Below, one piece after another: positions 10,274 to 20,638 of a stretch of DNA of 64,000 nucleotides (the stretch's first letter is position 1; each line of letters opens with the position of its first letter). The notes beneath the pieces were generated by a model. It had not been told where the DNA came from. It saw only the letters and a list, made by a program, of their open reading frames with translations, and made no database searches. The position numbers were made by a program, and so were the translations under genes. Source of the DNA: Candidatus Forterrea multitransposorum CG_2015-17_Forterrea_25_41 (GTDB lineage Archaea > Iainarchaeota > Iainarchaeia > Iainarchaeales > CSSED10-239). The stretch covers positions 1 through 64,000 of the forward strand of contig CP045477.1 of NCBI GenBank assembly GCA_009392915.1. Direction: 5' to 3'.

Positions 10274-11557
10274 TTGTTTTTAAACATTTTTATCTATATA
10301 TTATTTATGTCTTATATCCCTGATTTTCATAAGATTAAATACTTTACAGAAAAGTTTAAAGAATACTATCAAAATAATTATATCTCTTGTATATTGGATG
10401 TTTCAAAAAGAGAGTTTGGAATTGGTACTATACAATCTAAAATAAGTCAAAGACATTTATCTTTTGTATCTTTAGAAGATTTTAATAATTATTTAAGAAT
10501 TACTCCTCCTTTTTATGTTTCTTATTCAACAAGTTATTTTAAATATCCAGATAGAAGACCAATGGATAATAAAATATGGGAAGGTTCAGACATTGTTTAT
10601 GAGTTTGATTCAGATGATTATGATCTACCATGCCATGATAGACATAATACTTGGCAATGTACAAGTGAAGAATGTAATGAATGGGGTTATGGAAATTTAA
10701 CAGAATGCCCTAAATGTTTTTCAAAAACAAAGATTACAGAATGGACTTGTGATGAATGTTTAGGAAAAGCAAAAGAAGATACCTTAAGATTAGTTGATTT
10801 TTTAGAAAAAGAATTTAAATTAAATCCAGCAAGCTTTATTATTAGTTTTTCAGGTGCTAAAGGGTATCATGTAAGAATAACTGATAGAACAATAATTTCT
10901 TTATCTAAACCTGCAAGACTACAGATGATGAACTATATTTTAGCAAATGATTTAGAGCTTGAAAAATTAGGTTTTATAAAACAGAAAAAACTTTGGAAAA
11001 TACCACCTATAAAAGAAGCAGCTGGATGGTCTAAAAAGATTTTACATGGAATAATTGATATTTTTTCTTATGATGAAAAAAAGCTTATTAATTTATTTGG
11101 ACTTTCTCCAAAAAAAGCAAAACTTTTAAAGGATACAAAAGAAGATATTTTAAATAAGATGTATCATAATAATATATTAGTTGCTGATTTTTCTTCAAGT
11201 GATAAATTCTTTGAAGATGTTATAAATCATGTAATAAACAAGACTAGACTTAAAATAGACCCTCAATCATCTTCAGATATTTTTAAGATAATGAGGGTTC
11301 CAGATACTATTCATGGTGGTACTGGTTTTTTATCAACATATATTAAGACAAAAGAAGATTTAATTAATTTTGATCCTTTCAAAGATCCTGTTGTTTTAGG
11401 TACTATGGATCTAAAAAAAATAAAATTATTAAAACCAACACCTAAATTTAGAATAATTGACCAATATTATGGTCCTTATAATAAAGATGAGGTTTTAAAA
11501 CTTCCAGAAAAAGTATCAATGTTTTTAGTTCTTAAAGGGGTGGCAAATTTTGAGTGA
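10274..11557 (+). CDS. priS: DNA primase small (catalytic) subunit PriS, archaeo-eukaryotic primase family
   Basis: Acidic EFDSDDYD motif, AEP signature SFSGAKGYHVRI, zinc-binding CPKC/CDEC pair; the Met at 10307 is a plausible alternative start. Confidence 0.65.
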   Translation: MFLNIFIYILFMSYIPDFHKIKYFTEKFKEYYQNNYISCILDVSKREFGIGTIQSKISQRHLSFVSLEDFNNYLRITPPFYVSYSTSYFKYPDRRPMDNKIWEGSDIVYEFDSDDYDLPCHDRHNTWQCTSEECNEWGYGNLTECPKCFSKTKITEWTCDECLGKAKEDTLRLVDFLEKEFKLNPASFIISFSGAKGYHVRITDRTIISLSKPARLQMMNYILANDLELEKLGFIKQKKLWKIPPIKEAAGWSKKILHGIIDIFSYDEKKLINLFGLSPKKAKLLKDTKEDILNKMYHNNILVADFSSSDKFFEDVINHVINKTRLKIDPQSSSDIFKIMRVPDTIHGGTGFLSTYIKTKEDLINFDPFKDPVVLGTMDLKKIKLLKPTPKFRIIDQYYGPYNKDEVLKLPEKVSMFLVLKGVANFE

Positions 11558-12116
11558 AGATTATAGTTTAGATTACGATGAATTAAGAAAAATTTATAGA
11601 CTTGAAACAAAGTCTCCCAAACTTACAAAATTAAATACTGATTTTTATAAGGAACTTAAAAAATTTCTTTCAGATGAAAGAAAAAAATATACTTCAGAGA
11701 TTGAAGAGTCTTTTTCTCATGCCACTATAAAAAAGTTTGAAACTTTAAAAAAAATGGTTGAAAAAATAAGAGAAATAAGAATGAAAAAATGTCTTAACCT
11801 TTGTTTAATGTATAGTAGAACAAATGATTTTGAAGAAGAAGGTTTAATTGATTTTGAAATTGATTTTGCAAAAGGTGTGATTAAATTAATTGATAAACAA
11901 ACAGAATTTTCACAAAATGTTTTTGGACTTTCTAAAAAAGCTAAAAAAATTGAAAATCAAAATCTTTGTAAAGTAAAATTTTTAGAGGAAGTTCCAACAT
12001 TTATTGGTGCTGATTTAAAGGAGTATGGTCCTTTTGAAAAAGAACAGGTTTGTGAGATTCCTGAAGATATGATTAAAATATTAGAATCAAAAAATCTTAT
12101 TAAAAAAATAGATTAA
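11550..12116 (+). CDS. Hypothetical protein, possibly GINS51/Gins15-type subunit
   Basis: 188 aa, helical; overlaps the priS stop by 8 nt (operonic). gins15 sits adjacent to priS in many archaea; assignment rests on context and size only. Confidence 0.3.
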   Translation: MSEDYSLDYDELRKIYRLETKSPKLTKLNTDFYKELKKFLSDERKKYTSEIEESFSHATIKKFETLKKMVEKIREIRMKKCLNLCLMYSRTNDFEEEGLIDFEIDFAKGVIKLIDKQTEFSQNVFGLSKKAKKIENQNLCKVKFLEEVPTFIGADLKEYGPFEKEQVCEIPEDMIKILESKNLIKKID

Positions 12117-12132
12117 AAAGAGTTGATAATTA

Positions 12133-12897
12133 ATGGTTGATTTTCCAAATATAAACGATGTGGTAATTTGTAAAGTTACAAAAATAGCTGATTTTGGTGT
12201 TTTTGCAGAGCTTTTAGAGTATGATAATATGGAAGGGTTTGTGCATATTTCACAAATATCTTCTACATGGATAAAAAATATTCATAACCATGTAAAACAA
12301 AATCAAATAAGAGCTGCAAAAGTTTTAAAAGTTGATGAAGAAAAAAAACATATTGATATTTCTTTTAGTAGGATCACAGCTGCAGATGAAAAAAGAAAAA
12401 TTTCTGAATATAGATTATTTTTAAGATCTCAAAGTCTTTTGGGTGTAATTGCTCAAGAAATTGGTGAGTCTCAAGAAAAAATTTGGGAAGAAGTTGCAGA
12501 TCCAATTATTGAAGAAGAAAATTCTCTTTATAAAGGATTTTTAAATATCTTAAAACATGGTGGAGATTATTATTCTCAAATTGATCCTAAATATCATAAA
12601 GTTTTATTTGAAATTTTAGATAAAAATATTACTTTGAAAGATAAAGATATTTTAGGAATTATGACAATTACTTCAAGTAATTCAAATGGTTTTGAAAATA
12701 TTAAAAAAGTACTTTCTGAAGTTACTGAAAAATATCCTGACTGTAGAATAATTTATTTAGGTCCTGGAAAATATGAACTTAAAGTAACTTCTAAAGAATT
12801 TAAAACTTCTGCAAAAAAATTTGATTTAATTGTAGATGAAATTTCTAAAGGATTAAAGAAACATGCTTCTTTTGAAGTTGTTAAAAAAGATTCTTAA
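12133..12897 (+). CDS. eif2a: Translation initiation factor aIF2 alpha subunit
   Basis: N-terminal S1 domain (GFVHISQISSTWIKNI) followed by helical and alpha-beta domains; 254 aa. Confidence 0.8.
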   Translation: MVDFPNINDVVICKVTKIADFGVFAELLEYDNMEGFVHISQISSTWIKNIHNHVKQNQIRAAKVLKVDEEKKHIDISFSRITAADEKRKISEYRLFLRSQSLLGVIAQEIGESQEKIWEEVADPIIEEENSLYKGFLNILKHGGDYYSQIDPKYHKVLFEILDKNITLKDKDILGIMTITSSNSNGFENIKKVLSEVTEKYPDCRIIYLGPGKYELKVTSKEFKTSAKKFDLIVDEISKGLKKHASFEVVKKDS

Positions 12898-12911
12898 ATA
12901 TTTATATAAAG

Positions 12912-13730
12912 GTGAGTTGTAATATGGTTACAGAAATAAAATTAATTAAAAACATAAAAACTTTAAAAAACCCAGTTCTTTTTGTAGGACTTCCTGGAAT
13001 TGGTTTAGTTGGAAAAATATCTGTTGATTATTTAATTAAAGAATTATCTCCAAAACCAACATTGATTGGAAAAATATTTTCTGATTCATTTCCTCCTGCA
13101 GTTCACGAAAAGAATTCTGTTTTAGAGCTTATTTATGATGAAATTTATTTATATAAAACAAAAACAAAAGATTTTTTATTTATAGCAGGCCCTGTACAAC
13201 CTCCTTTAACAAACACAATTAATAGTGATCAACATTATGAATTTTCAGAAAAAATTGCTTTATTTGCAAAAAAACATAAAATTAAGGAAATATATACTTT
13301 TGCAGGTCTTAATATAGGTGATAAAAGAATAACTTCTAAACCAAAAGTAATTTGTGTTTCTACAGACTTAAAAACTAAAGAAAATATTTTAAAAAAGAAA
13401 ATATCAAATCTTCATTTTCAAGATAAAGGACAAGATGCTTTAATCTCTGGAGTTGCAGGTTTACTTTTAGGTATTTCTTTTGAATCTTATAAAATCCCAG
13501 GTGCTTGTTTAATGGGTGAGACAAATAGTAAATTAACTTATGGAGATCCTTCTTCTGCAAAACAACTTTTAGAAGTAGTTGATTCTTTATTTAAATTAAA
13601 AATTAATTTGAAAAAAATAGATGAGAGTGCAAAAAAGATTGAAAAATCATTTAGTGAAATTTCAAAAAATTTAGAACAAATTTCTCAAAAACAAGAAGGT
13701 CCTTCAACTCAATCTAATTATATAAGATAA
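12912..13730 (+). CDS. PAC2-family (proteasome assembly chaperone 2-like) protein
   Basis: FVGLPGIGLVGKIS motif characteristic of the PAC2/COG1938 family; 272 aa. Confidence 0.55.
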   Translation: MSCNMVTEIKLIKNIKTLKNPVLFVGLPGIGLVGKISVDYLIKELSPKPTLIGKIFSDSFPPAVHEKNSVLELIYDEIYLYKTKTKDFLFIAGPVQPPLTNTINSDQHYEFSEKIALFAKKHKIKEIYTFAGLNIGDKRITSKPKVICVSTDLKTKENILKKKISNLHFQDKGQDALISGVAGLLLGISFESYKIPGACLMGETNSKLTYGDPSSAKQLLEVVDSLFKLKINLKKIDESAKKIEKSFSEISKNLEQISQKQEGPSTQSNYIR

Positions 13731-13751
13731 TTTTTTTGGTGAAAAATAAAT

Positions 13752-15299
13752 ATGGTCTTTAAAGAAAATGAACTTGGAATTGTTGTTTCAACAATGGATT
13801 CACCTTCAACTTCAAAGATCACTTTTGTTTGTACCAAAAAAGTTTATAAAGGACAGTATGTTCAAATAGAATACTCTCAAGGTAGTTTAATTGGGCTTGT
13901 AACAGATGTATCTTCTCAGAATAGATATTTTGAAAATAATGAATCTGTAAAAGAATTTGAAAGTTCTGATTATAATATCAATGATCAATTTCCAACTAGT
14001 GATTGGGAATTTTTAATTGCAAATATAAAGCCTTTAGGGGTTCTTTCAAAAGAAAATTTTTTTGTAAGATCTACTCTTCCAGTATCTCCTGGTTCAAAAG
14101 TTTTAATTTGTGAAAAAGAAGTTTTATTTAAATTTCTTCATTTAAAAAAGAATGGACTTAATCTTGGACAAATTGAATTTCCTACTCTTCCTGTTACTTT
14201 TTGTATGGATAGACTTTTACAAAAACATTTAGCAATTTTAGCACAGTCTGGGGCAGGAAAAAGTTATTTAACCTCTGTTGTTTTAGAAGAACTTTTAGAC
14301 AGAACTAAAGAAGAAGGGCAAGTTGCAATTTTATTATTTGATGTTCATGGAGAGTATTCTCATTTTTCACACCCTATAAAAGATTCTTCTCAACATAAAG
14401 ATTATTCTTCAAAGACAATAAAGATTAATTCTTTTGAAATAAAGATTGGAGTTTCTACTCTTTCTTTAAATTTCTTTTCATCTCTTTTACCTTCTTTAAG
14501 TTCTGCACAAAAACGTGAACTTGGAAGTGTTTTAAAAAAATTAAATGAAGATAAAAAAAATGGTTTAGGTCCTTTTGATCTAAAAGACATTATTAAAGAA
14601 ATTGAAAGACAAGAAGTTAAAGAAAATGTTTCAAAACCTTTAATTAATGCTTTAGGTGAACTTTTAGATTATCATCTTTTTGCAAAAATAGATTCACCTT
14701 CAATTTTTGATATTGTAAAACCTGGAAAATTAACCATTATTGATTTATCTAGAGAGATAAATCTTAAAAAGAAACAATTAATACTTTATTATTTTGCACA
14801 TAAACTTTTTTACTCAAGAACAAATCCTTCTTTAAATGTACCTCCATTCCTTTTAGTTGTTGAAGAAGCCCATCAATTTGCTCCAGAAAGTGCAAGTAAA
14901 GATAGAGCTATGGCAAAATCAATTTTAGAAACTATTGCAAGAGAAGGTAGAAAGTTTGGATCTTGTCTTTGTTTAATTTCTCAAAGACCTGTAAAATTAT
15001 CTACCACTGTGCTTTCACAGGCAAACACACATATAATTTTAAGAATAACTAATCCTTATGACTTAAAACATATAGGAGAATCATCTGAAGGACTTGATTC
15101 TAAATCAGTAGAAATGATAACTTCTTTAAGAGTTGGAGAGGCTTTAGTTGTTGGTGAAGCTTCATCTTATCCTGTGTTTTTTAAAGTTAGAAAAAAATAT
15201 TCTCAAGATTCTCATTTAGATGTTTCTCTTTCAGGGCTTGCTAAAAATTATTTAAAAAATACTTCTAATCAAGAGAAAGATATTGAAGGCTTTTTATAG
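13752..15299 (+). CDS. herA: HerA/FtsK-like ATPase (DUF87 family)
   Basis: Walker A AQSGAGKSYLT, Walker B LLVVEEAHQFAP, conserved GSCLCLISQRP region; 515 aa. Confidence 0.6.
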   Translation: MVFKENELGIVVSTMDSPSTSKITFVCTKKVYKGQYVQIEYSQGSLIGLVTDVSSQNRYFENNESVKEFESSDYNINDQFPTSDWEFLIANIKPLGVLSKENFFVRSTLPVSPGSKVLICEKEVLFKFLHLKKNGLNLGQIEFPTLPVTFCMDRLLQKHLAILAQSGAGKSYLTSVVLEELLDRTKEEGQVAILLFDVHGEYSHFSHPIKDSSQHKDYSSKTIKINSFEIKIGVSTLSLNFFSSLLPSLSSAQKRELGSVLKKLNEDKKNGLGPFDLKDIIKEIERQEVKENVSKPLINALGELLDYHLFAKIDSPSIFDIVKPGKLTIIDLSREINLKKKQLILYYFAHKLFYSRTNPSLNVPPFLLVVEEAHQFAPESASKDRAMAKSILETIAREGRKFGSCLCLISQRPVKLSTTVLSQANTHIILRITNPYDLKHIGESSEGLDSKSVEMITSLRVGEALVVGEASSYPVFFKVRKKYSQDSHLDVSLSGLAKNYLKNTSNQEKDIEGFL

Positions 15300-15341
15300 C
15301 AAAGATGTTTTTATATATCTTATGATATAATATTATATAGT

Positions 15342-15809
15342 ATGTACAAAGTATCGTGGACAGAGTTTGAAAGTCTAGCAATTGATCTTACTAAAAAGAT
15401 TAAATCTTCAAATAAAAACTTTTCATTTATAGTTGGGGTTAGTAGAGGTGGTCTTTTACTTTCAAGATTATTATCTTCAACTTTAGATTTACCTATGGGT
15501 GTAATTGCAGCAAAACATGTAGATGGAATTTATCATGTTGATAATTATATATCAACAATATATGATGTTGAAGGGGATATTCTTTTAGTTGATGATGTTA
15601 TGGATCAAGCTTCTGTTAATGTAATTTCAAAAATAAATAAAAATTATAAAAATATAAATTCTATAACTTCAGCATGTGTTTTTTATAAAGGTACAGAAAA
15701 AAGTTTTAAACCTGATTTTTATACAAGTAAAGTTGATGATTTTATAACCATTGTTTTTCCTTATCAAGAAAAATCAATTTTGAAAAATTTAGAAAACTGT
15801 GAGGATTAA
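15342..15809 (+). CDS. Phosphoribosyltransferase-domain protein
   Basis: PRPP-binding-like ILLVDDVMDQAS motif; 155 aa. Confidence 0.45.
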   Translation: MYKVSWTEFESLAIDLTKKIKSSNKNFSFIVGVSRGGLLLSRLLSSTLDLPMGVIAAKHVDGIYHVDNYISTIYDVEGDILLVDDVMDQASVNVISKINKNYKNINSITSACVFYKGTEKSFKPDFYTSKVDDFITIVFPYQEKSILKNLENCED

Positions 15810-15817
15810 GATTAATT

Positions 15818-16279
15818 ATGAAAAAAAAAATGTCTAATAAACAAAATTTAATAATAGCTTTATTAATTATTTTAATAATTTTAGTAATATTTTTTATTGT
15901 TATATTTTCTGCAAATATTTTATATAGTAATATAAAAGAAAATAATTTAGATAATATAGATTATAATTTAACAATTTCAAAAGTAGATTTTAATTCTGAT
16001 AGGTTAGTAAATGTAGAAAATGATGTGAATTTGTCAGAATTAAATGAATTTACTTTACCAGAAAGTAAGCTTATTAATGAATATTTAATCACAAGTATAA
16101 ATATTTCTGATTTAAGAAATAAATATTCTTTTTTATTTGATGAAGCCTTAGTTTCTTCTTATGGTTATCTTCAAACAGAAAAAGGAGATTATATTTTAGA
16201 ATATAAAGATTATATTTTAGTTTTTAATAAAGATGAAAATCAAACAAAAAGTATCTGGATGATTGAATATTTAGAATAA
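15818..16279 (+). CDS. Hypothetical membrane-anchored protein
   Basis: Single N-terminal TM helix (LIIALLIILIILVIFFIVIF); no recognisable domain. Confidence 0.3.
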   Translation: MKKKMSNKQNLIIALLIILIILVIFFIVIFSANILYSNIKENNLDNIDYNLTISKVDFNSDRLVNVENDVNLSELNEFTLPESKLINEYLITSINISDLRNKYSFLFDEALVSSYGYLQTEKGDYILEYKDYILVFNKDENQTKSIWMIEYLE

Positions 16280-16297
16280 TTTTAAATTTTAAAAAAT

Positions 16298-18844
16298 GTG
16301 TTTTTTATGGATGATGCAAATTTAATGCTTTTAAAAAAGAAAGTAAAAGCTATAAAACAATATAAAGGCCAAGGTACTCAACTTATAAGTCTTTATCTTC
16401 CACCTGATGCAGATAGAAGTTCTGCAACAAAACAATTAACTGATGAAATGAGTCAATCTTCAAATATTAAGAGTGCTCAGACTAGAAAAAATGTACAAGC
16501 AGCTTTAAAAAGAATTATTAATTATTTAAAACAAATTGATTTTAAACTTCCTGAAACAGGTTTAGTTTTATTTTCTGGAGATGTTTCAACTAATCCTTCT
16601 AAATCAGATGTAATTTTACTTGCAATTGCACCTCCTGTAAGACTTACAACTAAGCTTTATTGGTGTGATTCAACATTTCACATAGCTCCTTTAGAAGATA
16701 TGGCACAAACAGATGATGTTTATGGTTTAGTTGTTCTTGACAAACGAGAAGCAACAGTTGCTATTTTAAGAGGAAAATCTAAAGAAATTCTTTTTTCAGA
16801 AACCTCAAATGTTCCTGGTAAAACAAAAGCCGGGGGGCAATGTTTAAAAGATGCTTTTGTATCTTTATCTGATGGGAATTTAATAGATGTTAGTGAAATT
16901 TCTAAAAAGGATATTCTTTCTTCTATGAATTTTAAACAAAATAAATTAATTAATTCTAAGGTTTTAGATAATTGGTCAGTTTCTAAAAATAAAACATATA
17001 TTATTAAAACAAAAGCTCCTGGTACAGAAATAAAAGCTAGTGAAGATCATATATTTTTTGTTTTAACTCCAGATGGTGTTGTTGAAAAAGCTTCAAAAGA
17101 TTTAACTTTAAATGATTATTTGTTATTTCCAGAAAAATTATCTTATAAAAATAAAATTTGGTCTTTTGATACTAAAAAATATATTTCTAAATTAAATAAA
17201 CCTTCTATAAAGATACCTATAAAACTTAATAATGTATTTGCTAAATTTTTAGGTTATTTATTAGGTGATGGTTCTATTGAAACTGATAGATTAACTTTTT
17301 ATGAATCTAGAAAAGATGTTATTTTAGAATATAAAAAGTTATTTGATAAATATTTTAATGTAAATTCTTCTTTAACTTTTAGAGATTCTAAAAATTATTA
17401 TCAATTAAGAGTTAATTCAACTGCTCTTGTAAGATTAATTAAAGAAGAATTTAAGGAAATTAAAAAAGCAAGAGATTCTTTAATACCTTCTAAAATATTA
17501 ACTTCTTCTAATAAAATATTAGCTAATTTTTTAAAAGGATTTTATGATGCTGAAGGTTATATTAATACTTCTAGAAAATCAATAGATATTGGAATAAATA
17601 ATAAAAAAATTGCACAACAACTTCAATTATCATTATTAAGATTTTCAATTATTGGATCTTTACAAGAATATGATAATAAACAAAATCCTTATACAAATAA
17701 CCATAGGTTTGTGATTTCAATTTCTGATAAAGAGTCAATAGATTCTTTTGAAAAAAATATTAATTTTACTTCTTTTGAAAAGCAAAAAAAAATAAAAAAA
17801 ATTCAAAAATTAAAAACAAACATGAGTTTCTCAAGAACACTTCCTGTATATGGTAGTCAGGTTAGATCTGTTGTTACAAAACATGGTTATAATTTAGAAC
17901 TTTTCCCAAAAGTGAGTAGTTTTTTCAATAATAATAGAATGCTTAGTAAATGCTTTTTTAAAAGTTCTGTTTTAGATTATGTTAAAGATAAATCTCTTTT
18001 AAAAGATTTAATTAAATTTTATAATATGCCATTTTTTGCTGCAAAGATAAATTCTATATTTATTGAAAAAAAGAAAACAATTATGACAGACATTTCTGTT
18101 GCTAATAAATCTTTTATTGCAAATGGATTAATTGTTCATAATTCAGCACATAGATTCGAAAGACTAAGAGATAAATATGAAGAAGAGTTTTATAAGAGAG
18201 TAGGTTCTAAAGTAAATACTGCTTTTGTAGATCTTGATAATTTTAAAGGAATGATTGTTGGTGGTCCTGGACTTACTAAAAATGAATTTTTAGAAATTGG
18301 TGATTTAGACCACAGAATAAAAGATAAAGTTTTAGGAACTGTAGATACTTCTTATACAGATGAGTCAGGTATAAAAGAAGTTTTAGATAAATCTGAAGAT
18401 ATTTTAAAAGAAACTGGTTTAGTTCATGAAAGAAAATTAATTAATAAGTTTTTTGAAGACTTAGCAAAAACAGGCCTTGCAAATTATGGTTTTCAAGATG
18501 TAATTGATGCCTTAAATATTGGTAAAGCTTCAACTGTTTTAGTGTCTGAAGGTTTAGAATGGACTGTTTTAATTTTTAAATGTTTATCAGACAAATCTAG
18601 ATTTATAAAAATTGTTAAAGATAAACATGAAGTTTCTGATACTATCTCAAAATTTGAAAATTCTCCAACAGATTGTCCAGAAGGTAAAGCAGAACTTGTT
18701 GAAGAAGTTGATATATATGATTATTTTATAGATATTTCTAAAAATACAAGTGCAAAAGTTGAACTTATTTCTATTGAAACTTTAGAAGGTAAACAATTTT
18801 TTGAAACTTTTGGAGGGCTTGCAGCTTTCTTAAGATATAGGTAA
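16298..18844 (+). CDS. prf1: Peptide chain release factor aRF1 interrupted by an intein
   Basis: NIKS motif (SSNIKSAQ), GGQ motif immediately followed by the intein's Cys; C-extein SAHRFERLR... is the aRF1 continuation; the exteins sum to 414 aa. Confidence 0.85.
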   Translation: MFFMDDANLMLLKKKVKAIKQYKGQGTQLISLYLPPDADRSSATKQLTDEMSQSSNIKSAQTRKNVQAALKRIINYLKQIDFKLPETGLVLFSGDVSTNPSKSDVILLAIAPPVRLTTKLYWCDSTFHIAPLEDMAQTDDVYGLVVLDKREATVAILRGKSKEILFSETSNVPGKTKAGGQCLKDAFVSLSDGNLIDVSEISKKDILSSMNFKQNKLINSKVLDNWSVSKNKTYIIKTKAPGTEIKASEDHIFFVLTPDGVVEKASKDLTLNDYLLFPEKLSYKNKIWSFDTKKYISKLNKPSIKIPIKLNNVFAKFLGYLLGDGSIETDRLTFYESRKDVILEYKKLFDKYFNVNSSLTFRDSKNYYQLRVNSTALVRLIKEEFKEIKKARDSLIPSKILTSSNKILANFLKGFYDAEGYINTSRKSIDIGINNKKIAQQLQLSLLRFSIIGSLQEYDNKQNPYTNNHRFVISISDKESIDSFEKNINFTSFEKQKKIKKIQKLKTNMSFSRTLPVYGSQVRSVVTKHGYNLELFPKVSSFFNNNRMLSKCFFKSSVLDYVKDKSLLKDLIKFYNMPFFAAKINSIFIEKKKTIMTDISVANKSFIANGLIVHNSAHRFERLRDKYEEEFYKRVGSKVNTAFVDLDNFKGMIVGGPGLTKNEFLEIGDLDHRIKDKVLGTVDTSYTDESGIKEVLDKSEDILKETGLVHERKLINKFFEDLAKTGLANYGFQDVIDALNIGKASTVLVSEGLEWTVLIFKCLSDKSRFIKIVKDKHEVSDTISKFENSPTDCPEGKAELVEEVDIYDYFIDISKNTSAKVELISIETLEGKQFFETFGGLAAFLRYR
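16841..18142 (+). mobile_element. Intein (434 aa) with LAGLIDADG homing-endonuclease domain, inserted in the aRF1 GGQ motif
   Basis: Begins with Cys right after AGGQ, ends with HN followed by Ser; LAGLIDADG-like blocks LGYLLGDGSI and LKGFYDAEGYI. Confidence 0.8.
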
Positions 18845-18856
18845 GGTGTTATTTTT

Positions 18857-19363
18857 TTGATAAAGACATTTAAAGCAAGAAAGATTACAAAAACTAATAT
18901 TGGTTCTAAATGTGGAATCGTAGATATTCGTAAAAGAATTCTAGAAAATAAAACTTATTCTATTTCCTATACTATAAAAGGTAAGTCTTTAGAACTTAAT
19001 TTTTTAAAACGATATCGAAAATCTAATCTTAGTGATTTTAAAAATATTTATTCTGATCTTTTAAATATTGCAAAAGAAAAAAAAGTTAAAAAAATATATA
19101 CTAGTTCTTGGGTATTTTCAGAAACTAAAGGTTTATCTGAAAGATTAGGTTTTAAACTTGTTAAGGGTACTGATAAAAAATTAAATCTAATTAAAGAAAA
19201 ATATCCTGATTATAAAATTATAGGTATTGAACAAAGATTTTCTACAGATTCAATAAATTATGGTGTAATTCCTTGTTTAGTTTTAGAAAATAAATCTTTA
19301 AAAAAAGAAGTTATAATAAATATGGATAAAAATATGCTCCCAATATATGTAAAGGAACTTTAA
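18857..19363 (+). CDS. Hypothetical protein
   Basis: 168-aa ORF co-directional with and directly downstream of aRF1; no motif recognised. Confidence 0.3.
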   Translation: MIKTFKARKITKTNIGSKCGIVDIRKRILENKTYSISYTIKGKSLELNFLKRYRKSNLSDFKNIYSDLLNIAKEKKVKKIYTSSWVFSETKGLSERLGFKLVKGTDKKLNLIKEKYPDYKIIGIEQRFSTDSINYGVIPCLVLENKSLKKEVIINMDKNMLPIYVKEL

Positions 19364-19366
19364 ATT

Positions 19367-20638
19367 ATGGATTATAGATATGTTACAGATACAAAAGGTT
19401 TAGGTGGAAGAATAAAACAACTTCCACAAGATTTCATTGTTGAGGAAATTGGTTTAGATTATGAAACTTCTGTAAAATACTTGCCTGATAAAAAAATAGA
19501 AACTATTGATTGGGAAAAAATATTTGAAAATAAAGAAGAAGGAAAAGATCATTTAATTTTAGATTTAGAAAAACATAATCTTTCTACTATGCAGGCAATT
19601 TCTCAAATGTCAAGATTTTTAAGACTTTCAAAATCAAGATTTGGTTATGCTGGATTAAAAGATAAAAGATCTATTTCTTCTCAAAAAATTTCTCTTTATA
19701 ATCCTGAATTGGAAAGACTTTCAAAATTTTATTTTAAAGACATTAAAACATATAACCCTTTTTGGTCTTCTAAAAAAATAGATATTGGTGATTTAAAAGA
19801 AAATAGATTTATTATAACTATTAGACAAATAGAAGGATTATCAAAAGAAGAAATAAAAGAAATTATTGAAACAAATTTTCTTAAAATAAATCAAAAAGGA
19901 TTAATTAATTATTTTGGTGAACAAAGGTTTGGAGGAGCAAGGGAAGTTACTGCTAAAGTTGGAAAACATTTAATATTAAAAGAATATAAAAAAGCAATTA
20001 TGCTATACTTAACCTCTCCTTCTCCTTATGAAGATCAAGATTTAAAAAATGCAAGAGAAGATATTTTAAAAACAAATGATTTTAAAAAATGGGCTTCTTC
20101 TTTTCCATCTAAATCTGGTTTTGAAGTTCCTATTTTAAATCATTTAGCAATTAATCCTGAAGATTATTTAGGAGCTTTTAAATCTCTTTCAAAATCTATG
20201 CAATATTTATTTATTCATGCTTATCAATCTTATTTGTTTAATGAAATTATTAATTATAGAATTGATAAAGGTTTATTTTTAAAACCATTAGATGCTGATA
20301 ACGTTATAAATGGTGTTTTACATTTACCTTTATTTGGTTATGATTCTAAATTTTTAGATGGTAGGGCAGGAGAAATTGAAAAAGAAATTTTTAAAAGAGA
20401 AGGAATTGATTTTAGACATTTTTTTAATAAAGATTATTCTGTTCTTTCTTGTAGAGGAGACTTAAGGCCAGTTATTACTTTTCCAAAAGAATTAAAGTTA
20501 ATTTCTATAGAGGAAGATGATTTAAATCAAGAAGAAATTCCAGGATCAAAAAAAGCAACAATTTCTTTTATTTTAGATAAAGGGCAATACGCCACTGTCT
20601 TGATTAGAGAGATTATTAAAAAAGAAAATATTGGTTAA
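19367..20638 (+). CDS. truD: tRNA pseudouridine synthase TruD/Pus7 family
   Basis: N-terminal IKQLPQDFIVEEI and catalytic GLKDKRS motif; 423 aa. Confidence 0.7.
   Translation: MDYRYVTDTKGLGGRIKQLPQDFIVEEIGLDYETSVKYLPDKKIETIDWEKIFENKEEGKDHLILDLEKHNLSTMQAISQMSRFLRLSKSRFGYAGLKDKRSISSQKISLYNPELERLSKFYFKDIKTYNPFWSSKKIDIGDLKENRFIITIRQIEGLSKEEIKEIIETNFLKINQKGLINYFGEQRFGGAREVTAKVGKHLILKEYKKAIMLYLTSPSPYEDQDLKNAREDILKTNDFKKWASSFPSKSGFEVPILNHLAINPEDYLGAFKSLSKSMQYLFIHAYQSYLFNEIINYRIDKGLFLKPLDADNVINGVLHLPLFGYDSKFLDGRAGEIEKEIFKREGIDFRHFFNKDYSVLSCRGDLRPVITFPKELKLISIEEDDLNQEEIPGSKKATISFILDKGQYATVLIREIIKKENIG

Noticed and set aside
12133-15299. Possible exosome/proteasome operon (S1-domain protein followed by PAC2)
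   Set aside because: The S1 protein has the full aIF2-alpha three-domain layout rather than Csl4/Rrp4. No Rrp41/Rrp42 genes are present, so it was called aIF2-alpha plus a stand-alone PAC2-family protein.
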